DNA of 64,000 bases from Eledone cirrhosa (lineage: Eukaryota), in contig OZ024740.1 of the NCBI GenBank assembly GCA_964016885.1, positions 10,416,001 to 10,480,000 on the forward strand. Reading direction: 5' to 3'. Positions 53,595-64,000 of the stretch are shown one piece after another (positions within the stretch are counted from its first letter, which is position 1; each line of letters begins with the position of its first letter). The notes under the pieces were generated by a model. The model was given only the letters and a program-made list of their open reading frames with translations. It did no database searches and was not told the DNA's origin. Both the position numbers and the translations under genes were made by a program.

Positions 53595-53642
53595 TTAAAT
53601 AATTTAATATAATTCAATACTGGTTAGTTTTATTCATATTGC

Positions 53643-53687
<45 letters not shown>

Positions 53688-53812
53688 CAATAACAGAGAA
53701 AGCTTTAAGCTAAACTCCGACTGGTAACCATCTCACTCAACAAACATTGGGTTATACGTTAGTATAATCCAATTTAGTGTTTGGAGTGCTAACTATATGT
53801 ATTTTGTGGAAA

Positions 53813-54721
53813 TATATATATATATAAAACTGAGGATGTCTGTCTGTGTGTGTGTGAGTTCGAATCCCTAAAACTCGAGAACCACCGCACCGATTGTTTT
53901 CAAACTTTACACATGTAATACTTATGTTTAGGGAGTGTTCTGAGCAAAAAAGATTTCAAATTTTCAATGCCCTAGGGACCGCATTAGGCGATTTAGCGAT
54001 CACGCTCTATAATTCTTAGTCTTTCTCTTTTTAGATAGATACATACATATAAAGTCGCACCCTTATAATATCTGTCTGTATGTCTGCCTGTTTGCATTAC
54101 GTCACTTCCCTGAAGATGTCTGTCTGTGTGTGTGTGTCTGTGATTTTGAATCCCTAAAACTCGAGAAGTACCCAACCGATTTTTTTCAAACTTTACATGT
54201 GCATTACTTATGTTTCAGAGAGTGTTATGCACATAACAAAATGCAACTTTTTTTTATCTCCTAGGGCCCACATTGGGTGAAAAACTGCGTTTTTTAAAAA
54301 TTTTAGGGTTTTTTTTAGGCGTTTCGTAGGACCGATTTCCTTGAAATTGTAACTATGTATTAATCAGTCTCTTCTTCATACCGTAAGCAAAGAAAATCCA
54401 ACTTTCTTATGGCCTAGGGCCCGCATTAGGTGAAAAACTTCATTTTTTCAGCTTCTTAGGGCTTTTTGGAGGCGTTACGTCTAGCCGATTTTCCCGAAAT
54501 TTCAAGGCATATTATGCACATAAAAAAAATTCATTTTCTTGATCCCCTAGGGCCCGCATGAGGTGAAAACCTGCATTTTACCTGCTCCATCGAGGAAAAT
54601 CTTAAAGATTATCCAGCCATCAGAGTTTTCGGTTTATTTTCTTTACATATTGTCCAAGCATGCAGTTTTTCCACGCGTTCCAAAATACCTTATCCTGTGC
54701 AACGCCGGGTACCACTGCTAG
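53813..54721 (+). mobile_element. Non-autonomous Helitron-like element with internal tandem duplications
   Basis: 5' tatatataaaactgaggatgtctgtctg (5' TC not preserved); 3' cctgtgcaacgccgggt...CTAG|T; repeated ctagggcc.cattaggtgaaaa modules. Confidence 0.72.
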
Positions 54722-54723
54722 TA

Positions 54724-54757
<34 letters not shown>

Positions 54758-54764
<7 letters not shown>

Positions 54765-54868
54765 AGAATCAAAGCTATGTTAGAACATTTAATTGCTGAC
54801 AATTGTTTCTTCCAAGAAGAAACAATTGTCAGCAATTAGATGTTCTAACATAGCTTTGATTCTTGTCT

Positions 54869-54870
<2 letters not shown>
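54758..54870. repeat. Near-perfect ~55-bp-arm palindrome between two (TA)n tracts
   Basis: atagacaagaatcaaagctatgttagaacat...tgacaattgtttctt / aagaaacaattgtca...atgttctaacatagctttgattcttgtctat; contains GAAACAATTGTC, the 3' half of a hammerhead. Confidence 0.85.
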
Positions 54871-54932
<62 letters not shown>

Positions 54933-55076
54933 AATTAAAATACTAGAGTGTGTTAGAGTTAAACACCCTCTTCGTATTATAGAAATGACAGTAAAGGTAT
55001 AGCTCAATGTAATTAAACAGAGCCGAAGAATTATGAAAATAAACCAAAGAAGCCTTCAATACATCAAAAGTCTTTA

Positions 55077-55119
55077 TTAGCCAACAATGTTTCGTCCTAT
55101 TAGGGACTCATCAGGGCAA
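55077..55119 (-). ncRNA. Minimal type-I hammerhead ribozyme motif
   Basis: Minus strand ttgcc-CTGATGA-gtcc ctaata ggac-GAAA-catt-GTT-ggctaa; canonical core and stem II. Confidence 0.75.
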
Positions 55120-55636
55120 TTAAAGCTATAAGAAGCACTATCGGCCAATACAAGCCAAAAACTCAGAAGAATATGGAGTGTACATACATTAAAGCATAGG
55201 AAAATTATCGGGTAAAAATTATGAAGTAAAAATTGCTAAGGAAGTGAATAACATTTTGAACCATATTACAAATATAGTCCAATGCAAAGACTAAAGCTAA
55301 ACAAAGGTGGTGATATAGAGCGGGAATTATTGTACTATATATAATATAATATAAAATAATACAATTGATAATGACAATAATAATGATTTCATTTATTGGC
55401 CACAAGGGCCGACATATAGGGGACAACACAATAGACAGGGACTGTGGGGGTTTACATAGAGATCGAGTAAGTATAAATAACAAAAAACAAAATAACAATA
55501 AAAATACAACAATGAAAGTTCCCCAATAAGAGGGATCACCACCCAGGGTTGACTCGAGCACCCCACCAGTCCTGAGCCACCCGACGCTCCTAGGGCACCC
55601 GGGAAGGGCACCCCTCTCCTTCTCGAATTCACCAGC

Positions 55637-58600
55637 CTACAGGCGCATGATCAGAGTAGGCCCACTCACGCGGGCCATTCTCGCCACATTCACCCACCTT
55701 TCAGTAAATGTACTGGGGGGCAGCACTTCTCTCTCCACCCTCACCTTCCTTTCCAAGTGAAACTTGAAGAAGTTGATGAGGGATTGGCCGAAGAGAAAAG
55801 TGTCTGTCTTCAGTCCTTTCAACCTGGTCCACCATGCAACCTATTTCGCTACTGCCACCAGGCAGAGGAAAATTGCCTGCCCTTCCTGACCAAAAGAAGG
55901 CGGCGGGTCAATCTTCACTGTGGACTCGGACGATAGCCGGATCCGTTCTACACGCGACAATAGCTGTTCGACATAACCCCACAAGTCAGCAATGCACGGA
56001 CACTGGACGAGTGCGTGCAGAACGGTTTCGTCGCTCTGTGCGCATCTCGGGCAGGTTCGTCTGACAGCACTTCCGTGCCTGTAGAGTTTATCCCGAACCG
56101 GCAGCGCCCCCCGGTAGCACTGCCAAGCGAGGGATTTCTGGAAGTTATCCATCGTCCCCGGCTCGAAAGTCCTCCGGAACATACTGGTCAGTTCTACTTC
56201 GTTGACGCCTAGAGCCTCTCCTAGTACGTCATCGCACTTGCCCTCCACTAATCCTCTATAGAAATCTTGAGTGGAAGTTCCACTGACCGCATTGCCCACC
56301 TTGCAGAGTGCAGTGAGCGCCTGGCAACATTCCAGATGCCAGTCGCCCAGTCTCGGTCTCTTCTTGACCCAGGACTGCAGCTCAGTCAAAGAGATGAGCT
56401 GCGGAAAGGCCCGTCTAACAAACGGCGACCACACCTGTTCACCGTTTAGGCAAAATATCTGGAGATGTCGCAGCCTCAGCGCATGTCTGCGCATCATTAG
56501 CCACGGCATGCCCAGCCCTCCACGAAGAGGGTGCTGGCAGCAGATGGACCGCCTCACCAACGGGACCTGTCCCCTCCACAAAAATTTGAAAAGGAGCCGT
56601 TCCAAATTGGCGAGGCGTGGACGGGGGCAAGGCACGACGGTCAGGCGGTAGTAGATGACGGACGCGATGTACGCGTTCGCCACCTCCGCCCGCCCTTTCA
56701 GTGATAGCTTTCTCTCAGCCCATTTCTGGGTGAGGTTGGCTATCCTGCTCGTCACCTCGTCCCAATTCTTATCCACCTGGAGGTCTGGTCCGAACCAAAC
56801 CCCGAGCAACTTTACCGGTCCGTCTGTCCAGCGCCCAACGACGCTGTTGGACGGCATGGACTTGCCTCTCCAGGTGCCGAGCTGCAAGCCCACCGACTTT
56901 TCCGGGTTAAGTTTTGCTCCCGTCAACCTTTCATATTCCTCCAAATGGGTGCGGATCACCTCGATTTCCGAGGCGTCCGACACCATCACGGTGATGTCGT
57001 CCGCATAAGCGGACGCAGCCTTTCTACGTCCCGGTTCGAGCGGGATGCCCTGCAACAACTCCAGCTTCCGCAGTAGAGGCTCAAGAGTCAATACGTACAG
57101 AAGTGAGGAGAGAGGGCACCCTTGACGGACCGATCGAGAGATCTGAAACGGTTCCGAGAGGTGGCCATTAACTTTGACCACCGAGCAGATGCCGCTGTAC
57201 ATTGCAGCGATCCAGCTTCTGAAGACGGGGCCGAAGCCAGCCGCCTCGAGGACAGCCTCCAAGTACCGATGGTCGACCCTATCGAATGCTTTCGATTGAT
57301 CTAAATTGATCAGAGCCCCACCGAAGCCAGGTTTGCACCCAACCCTCTCTATGATGTATCGCATGAGGTGGAGGTTGTCGTGTATGGACCTGGTCGGGAT
57401 TGCGCAAGTTTGCGCCTCCCCAACCAAATCTTTGACGACAAGCGCCAACCTTTTCGCTAACACCTTGGCCAAAATCTTAAACTCTGTGTTGAGCAGGGTT
57501 ATGGGCCTGAAATTATCTAGTGTGTCCCTCTTGTTCTCGTCTTTCCTTATCAGCGTCACTACGCCACGGCTCACAGAACTGGGAATGTTCCCGTTCTGCT
57601 GCCAGTTGCAGTAGAGCGCTTCGAGGAGATCGGAGAACAAGTCTGGCATATTTACGTAAAGCTCGTAGGGCAGACCATCCAAACCGGGTAACTTGCGACT
57701 CGAGCAGCCGACAAGGGCGTCCTGAATTTCGACTGATGTTATCGGCTCTTCGCAGCGCTCAGCGTCGGCCGTCGAGAGGCGTGGCAAGCCGTCGAGGTAG
57801 GGACTGAAGTCCGCCGCCGTCTCCGACTCACCCATCCTCCCGAACAATCGAGCAAAGTGCTGGCGAAAGGCCTCACACATCTGCTTGGAATCGCTCAGTT
57901 CGTGTCCATCTCGATCCGTCAAAGACCGAATTGTGGTTTTATTTACACGCTGCGTCTCTGCAAAACGAGCCCATCGGGCAGCTTTGGTTCCCTCGTTCCT
58001 CAGAGCACGCGCCTTAGCTCTGACAATGCAACCTTCGTGTTTCGCATTGAAGAAATGGTCTAGTGCCATTCTCGCCGCTAGCACGTCTGTTGCAATGCCA
58101 CTACAAATAGCCTCGTCTAACTTAGCTATCAGCCCCTCCTCCTTTCTATTTTTCTCTATTGCTACTTCTTTGCTAAATCCTATCGAGGTTGCTCTAATCT
58201 CTCTTTTGAGAGCCCCCCACCACCTGTTGTTGACAACCCCCCCCCCCCCCCCCTGCAACTTTTGCTTAACTAAGTTGTTGACCCGGTCCCTGTAAGCTTT
58301 ACGTGCCGGAAACGACATGTTTAGCTTCCAGTAGCTAGGTCCTAACCTACGTGTCTTATCTAGGTCGACCATACAGATCACAAGCTTGTGATCTGAATAG
58401 GCAACCGTTTTAAAATGTGGACATCCTACACTATTTCTATCTCTTTTCCTAATGAAAATCCTATCTATGTACGATCTAGATGACCCTATGCGATTGGTCC
58501 AGGTCCATACTGGCGCATTAGGGAAATCTAGTCGGTACCTGTCAGACAGTTGAAACTGGCTGATCAGGTACTTGAGGCTTTTGCACCCCCCCCCCCGCTC

Positions 58601-59070
58601 CTATCAGATACTCCCACACAATCCCAGCGTGCTTCTAAGATGCCATTCCAATCCCCTATTAACAGTAAAGGGCGAGACGTAAGCAGAAAGTTTTCCAGGC
58701 GCCTAAAGAAGTCCGGCCGACCGGCCCCAGTAGGGGCGTAGACGGCCACCAGTCTAAAGGCACCACCTTCGCTATTGTTCACGTCCAGGACCACCAACTT
58801 TCCGTCAGGATCCCAGAAGATTGACCTTACCTCGAGATCCAGACATTTCCTAAACAGCACAGCCACTCCACCTCCCATTCCCGGCCGACTAACAGATGCA
58901 AAGATCTGATAATCGTCGAAAATCGGCGCCAGTGCGCGTGTGTCGGAAATTCTGGTCTCGCTGATGGCAATTACATCCATTCCTAGTGACCTGAGGTCGT
59001 TGAGCAAGTGACCTTGCTTCCAGGGCGACCCCAGGCCACGAACATTTAAACTTCCTACTCTTATGGCCAT
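55637..59070 (-). pseudogene. LINE ORF2: APE endonuclease + reverse transcriptase, with one frameshift in a homopolymer run (~58586-58596) and one in-frame stop (55841-55843)
   Basis: SLNVRGL, ISET, VYAP, GDWN, SYIDR, SDH, YWKLN, PGLDGLP, FRPITLLN, DQSKAFDRV, RQGCPLS, AYADD, CPRC..ETVLH...C. Confidence 0.93.
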
Positions 59071-59099
59071 GCTGGCAGGATGAATGGGAGAGGAAAGGT

Positions 59100-61012
59100 T
59101 TACTTACCTTCCGGGGTCTTGTGAAGGTCGGGTGGTTCGACCTCCATGGTTTGTGGGGTTTCTTTTGGGAACCCCTTTAATAGTCTTGAAGTGGGTTTTA
59201 CGTTCGGGGTTCCCACATCCCGAGGAAAGCTCTTTCGAATTTCTTTGTATGAAGCGAGCGACATTCGCATCAGAAGCAAATTATCTGGTACGCGAAATGT
59301 GCTCGCTTCAAATGTTTCCCCCTCTTTTTCGATGTTTGTGCTTCGTGCTACATGGGCCATCAATTCCTTGTTGGCCCTTCTGGCAAGCACGAAGTTTTTA
59401 ATGTTTTGTTGCTCGGGTTTTATTTGTTCGTGTGATTGTGGTGGTTATAGCTTTGTTAGTGTTGTTTCTATTGTGTCTGCGTTTGTTGTGGGTGGGGTGT
59501 CTGTAGTTTCTGATGTTTGTGTGTCTATTTGTTCTTGTGTCTGTTTAGCTTGTTTGCGTTTGGGGGATTTTGGTGGTTGTGTTGGTGATGCTGTGGGGAA
59601 AATGCTTGTGTGGGTGGTGTGTGTATTTTTTTTTGTGGGGGTGTTTGTGCTTTGTGGATTTCTTTTTTTTTTTTGTGTTTTGTTTTTTGTATTTTGGGGG
59701 ACTTTGGTTTTCCCTCATCTTCACTGCTGGAGGATGAGGGGTCTGTGGCTGTGAGCGTGTTTGTGTCTGAGTGAGTGTTTATGTTCTTGTTCGTGTGTGT
59801 ATTTTGGGGGGGAGGGGGAATGGGAGAGCTTTCCTCGTTTCCCCCCTGGGTGTGCAATTTTGGTGGTTCCATTGTTGACGGTGTTGCTGGTGGTCCTTGT
59901 CCCGGCGTCGCCAGCAGTGGAATCTTTCGACCCCTTGCGCTTTTCGGCAGTTGAGGGTAGAAGGCTCGCAAGTGTGTCGTTTCCCCACAAAGGAAACAAT
60001 GCGGCCTTTTGCCCTCAGTCATTATATGCAACACCCTCTCGTTTTGGAGGCGGATGTGGTCCGGGATTGCTTTTACGTTTTCGGGTCTGATTTGGAGCAG
60101 TATCTCCAGATCAACCCCGGACCAGTCGTCCCTGGCAGTTCTCGTTGCCTCTACCGGGACTGTATCCGTTCCTTCCACGATTACGCAACCCAGGAGCCAC
60201 CACATATCAAGTCCTGGTGGAATCCTGGGAATGCGCACACGTGCTATTCGTTTTCCCATGTGGGAGGGGTACATTATGACCTTGCTGGTTTTGCAAGGGG
60301 TCATTGAATGCTTCACAGCGAGGGCTTCAGACTTGAACAACACCGAAACGGTGCCGTATTGCCTGCCACTCTCTATGAAGTCTGTGTCCTCTCTGATGTA
60401 TTTCAGTGCGGCTTCTATATCAGCTTGGGCGATTATCGCTGCCCTCTTTGTCTCTACTGAGATGCATCTGAAATGCACCGTTCTTTTTTCCACTGCCTCA
60501 ATGGCTTCTGCCGGGACAGTTAAGTTTGCCCAGGTCTGCTCTTGATTTATGATTTTCCAGGCCTGGGCCAACTTTTCCTCTCTGTTGGTTAAGTCAATGC
60601 TGTAGCATGGTCTCCTTTTAGCCGCTGCCACAGCAGCGAAAGTGTTCTTGTTGGTGTTGTCACTGTTGTTGTTCTTGTTGGTGTTGCTGCTGCTATTGCT
60701 GTTGTTGTTCTCCCCTGTGTCGTGGTTACCTTCTGTGCTGTTAGCCTTGTTGGTGCTGCTGCTGTCGCTACTATTACTCTCTGTGCTGTTCGTTTTGTTG
60801 GTGCTCTCGCTATTACCACCTTCTGCGCTGTTCGGCTTGTTGGTGTTGGTGTTGTCGCTGTTACCACCTTCCGCGCCGCTCGGCCCGTTGGTGCTGGCAC
60901 TGTCGCTGCTCACACTCGTGCTGGTGGCGCTCCTCGCCCCACCTCTCCTCTCAACGCTCAAGTCGCCGTTGCACGACAGCAGACCCGCCTCTAGGGGGCG
61001 TGGCCCCGCCAT
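59100..61012 (-). pseudogene. LINE ORF1 (gag-like), frameshifted, probably in a homopolymer tract near 59620-59675
   Basis: Position upstream of ORF2; S/N/T-rich N-terminus, TFAAVA, degenerate zinc knuckle CFLCGETTHLRAFY; out-of-frame continuation 59100-59390 ends just before the ORF2 ATG. Confidence 0.8.
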
Positions 61013-62112
61013 GTTTTTTTTGAGAAAAAAATTATTATTTTTCCAAAATAAAGTTCAAATATTTGGGCCAAAAGGCCCAAATATTATGAGTTATTCCTTC
61101 ACAGGATACAAATGAATGTCTTATAATGCTTCAGCGGTACAAAAAAATAAACAATTCTCCACAATTAATCCTCAAAAAATTGCTTACTCACGGAGCTTCA
61201 AAAAACGTACATCCACTTTCGTCAATAATAATAATAATATTAAAAGGCCCAATATACATATATATATATATACATATGTACACATATATACATATATATC
61301 AATACACATTTCCATCAATACAAGCACAAACTAACCCTTATTAAGAGTTTAAATATAAATAAGAATAATAAGAATAATAAGAATAAAAATAAAAATAAAA
61401 ATATAATACATATATTATTTACAGTATAAAATGAAGTTGAAATGATTAAAAGTAAACATATAATATATAATAAACTATATAATTATATAATAGATAATCT
61501 CCGGTTAATTTGCACAAACAATATAAATGTTACAATAACACTATAATAACAATATTATAATATAATGGCATATAACTTAACAAATCATATAGAGTTAGAG
61601 ATCGGGTGAGAAAAAAAATATTGTACAGAACTAAATTATGTTGGAAAAATTATGTTGGAAAAATATCAAAACCATTGCAAGAAAACAGATGGAGTTCACA
61701 TTTCTCTACAATTGGTGTAAATAAATATTATCCAAACATTACAAAAATTATAAAAATATAAACATATTACAGAATATACAAAATTTAACATAACATAATG
61801 GTACATTTAATAATCGGTAAATAATAAAGATCAGTAGTACGTTTACAAAGAGTGGAATGATATAAAAATTTCAATATAAAATATTGAATATAGTATAATA
61901 TACATAATTACGTGGTTGGTGGACAGACATTTGTGAATAAGTGAATAAGAACCAGACAGAAAACTACGCACGGTAGTATAAATATATAAATAAAATCAAC
62001 CGGAAATCGAAAAACAAAAACAAAAGTATTTACTTAGGTGTCACATGCAGTCAAGTAAAAAATTTAGGAAACAAACCCGGATAAATGACTAGAAAACCAT
62101 ATATATATATAT

Positions 62113-62335
62113 ATGCAAAAGTTCTATTTAAATTGTTGGGATACAACAAGCAAATGTTTTTATAACTGATATAAAGCACTCGACAAGTATTTGGAGTAAA
62201 TATACGATATTAACAAATGGAAACTATATTTATATAACCATATCTATTTTTTTATACATATTTCAAGGATACCATGTTAAATTATGGTATGCTTTCATCA
62301 GACAAAATACAATATATACCAGTTTTATAAATAAA
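62113..62335 (-). repeat. Diverged copy of pLTR family A with a hammerhead motif (62245-62309)
   Basis: Homologous to 6151-6380; minus strand CTGATGA-aagcataccat/atggtatcctt-GAAA-tatgtata; abuts (TA)n. Confidence 0.75.
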
Positions 62336-64000
62336 TATTGACATACCCTTACAAAATGCAACCGTTACTTTTGGAAGACATCGGGATAGTGGAGTTGTTT
62401 ACTTATATTAGTAAGTCGTTGTGTTGCAGAGAAGGAAAAAAACGGAGAGAGAGAAAATGGAGAAAGAAAGAAAAAAACAAGAAAAAGAAAAAAAGAAAAA
62501 AGAGAGAAAAACTAGAGAGAGATATCAAAACACCAGACAGAGAGAAAAAAAATCGAGAGAGAAAAATATAGAGATAGAGAGAGGGGGAGAGAACGAAAAC
62601 CTTAAGTCATGTCATATTAAGTTAAGTTAACAATTGAGATGAAATGAATAAATAAAATTAGAAATATTAATATTCATGAATGGAATATACATATATAATA
62701 TGAGAAATTAATCATTGTTTAACTATGATTAGATATTTAGTTTAAAAATTGAGATCAATATATTAAAAATTGGAATTTAAACATTAAGAAATCTATATAT
62801 TGCTAGAGAAACTACATATCATATAACACGTACACACACGCAAAAATACATATAAATATATATATACACACACTCACAAAATACACACCATATCTACCCC
62901 AGTATATAATATATACATACAAAGCATAAATGATTTTTTTATTTAATGTTATACATCCTTTGTGTTATTAAATAAACATTTTTAATATATATATATAAAT
63001 ATATAAGATTAGTTGCCATGCATTTATGGCTGTTAGTTATGTCTATCTGCAATTAAATTATATGGATATACATGTACATGTACACACCCAATTCTTACAT
63101 ATACATATATATACATGTGTGTGCAGCCTCAGCAAATTGGTAGACACGCGTCACGCATGCATACATACAGACAGACATATATTCATAAGAATGCATATAG
63201 CACATGTATATGTATGTTAATATACACATATACATACATATACGTATAGAGATAAGTATACATCAATATAGTACATAGTATAATTGAATACATAAAATAC
63301 AAAAGGATTATATTTTGGAAATATAATTATATCAATATAACTTTAAAAACAAAACAATTTTAAAATATTATAGAATATTTTAAGTTAAAATAATATGTTT
63401 AATAGATTTAGTATAGAAATTTATCTTACGTATATTTTACTCAAGATATTGAAAGGATAAACTTTCGAAAATTATGAGAAGCTATCAGAATAAAAACAAT
63501 CATAATAAAAAATAAAAAATAAATAAAAAATAAGAAATAGGAAATATTTTCTCCTTTCAAGAGCTCTCAATATATTTCTCTAGAATAGTTTATTATATTT
63601 ATATTTATATTTAGGAAGAAAATTTATTTATACTTGAGTACTTAACCAAAGAAAATGAAAAAGATGAAGGAATCTAATGATTTATCGACAGGTTTCATAT
63701 ATTAACCAAATTAATTAATTAATTATACACTACATTTTAAATTTATATTTATATTTAAACGTTGAGTTCAATCTGTCTGCAGCAACTGAATAAATTATTC
63801 CTTAAATTCAGGGAATTTTTGGTCTTTAATATAAAGAATATTTCCTCTATACAAAGATCGCAATTTTCTGAAGAGGAGTTAAAAGGAGTAGCTTGTGAAA
63901 TAATATTCCAAATCAGCGAATATTCAACATTTTCTCGTTTTAGGTCCCATAATAGGCTAGATAGAGAAGTTGAAGATTTTTTGTTTGGATCTGTAAAAGA

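Larger units (their letters stand above)
55385..61222 (-). mobile_element. Near full-length Tx1/L1-clade LINE (~5.8 kb)
   Basis: ORF1 + ORF2 (APE-EN, RT, C-terminal Cys motif); 3' UTR with AATAAA; candidate TSD CAATAATAAT (55375-55384, 61223-61232) within (AAT)n. Confidence 0.93.

Noticed and set aside
63400-63925. Possible decayed PLE endonuclease region and hammerhead (CTGAAGA...GAAA near 63868-63910)
   Set aside because: Similarity is too weak and stem I does not pair; not supportable by eye.

Overview
This is AT-rich, repeat-saturated animal nuclear DNA. It is most likely an octopod cephalopod, inferred from the tRNA-head/Meta-core SINE family, the OK-like SINE and the dense (TA)n/(CA)n/(CT)n tracts. 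No complete host gene is visible, and nearly all long ORFs in the track are artefacts of simple repeats. Tandem arrays: a 45-bp array made of the SINE 5' head (1-1341), a 4.6-kb (CA)/(CT) microsatellite, and a ~17-kb 11-bp satellite with kb-scale higher-order duplications bracketed by convergent SINEs. Transposons: a near-intact Tx1/L1 LINE plus two derivatives, a DD37D (maT) Tc1/mariner element, Penelope-like elements (PLEs) of three types (Naiad-, Hydra- and Neptune-like), RTE and CRE fragments, two non-autonomous Helitrons, a hAT MITE and about ten SINEs. Less obvious signals: (i) about nine minimal type-I hammerhead ribozyme motifs, several in ORF-less fold-back units beside (TA)n; (ii) different segments of one SINE family turned into tandem arrays; (iii) a few strong +strand splice signals (76-nt exon, 6-nt microexon, AG|GT ratchet-like site), suggesting the window may lie inside a giant-intron gene. 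All coordinates were read by eye; no searches were run.
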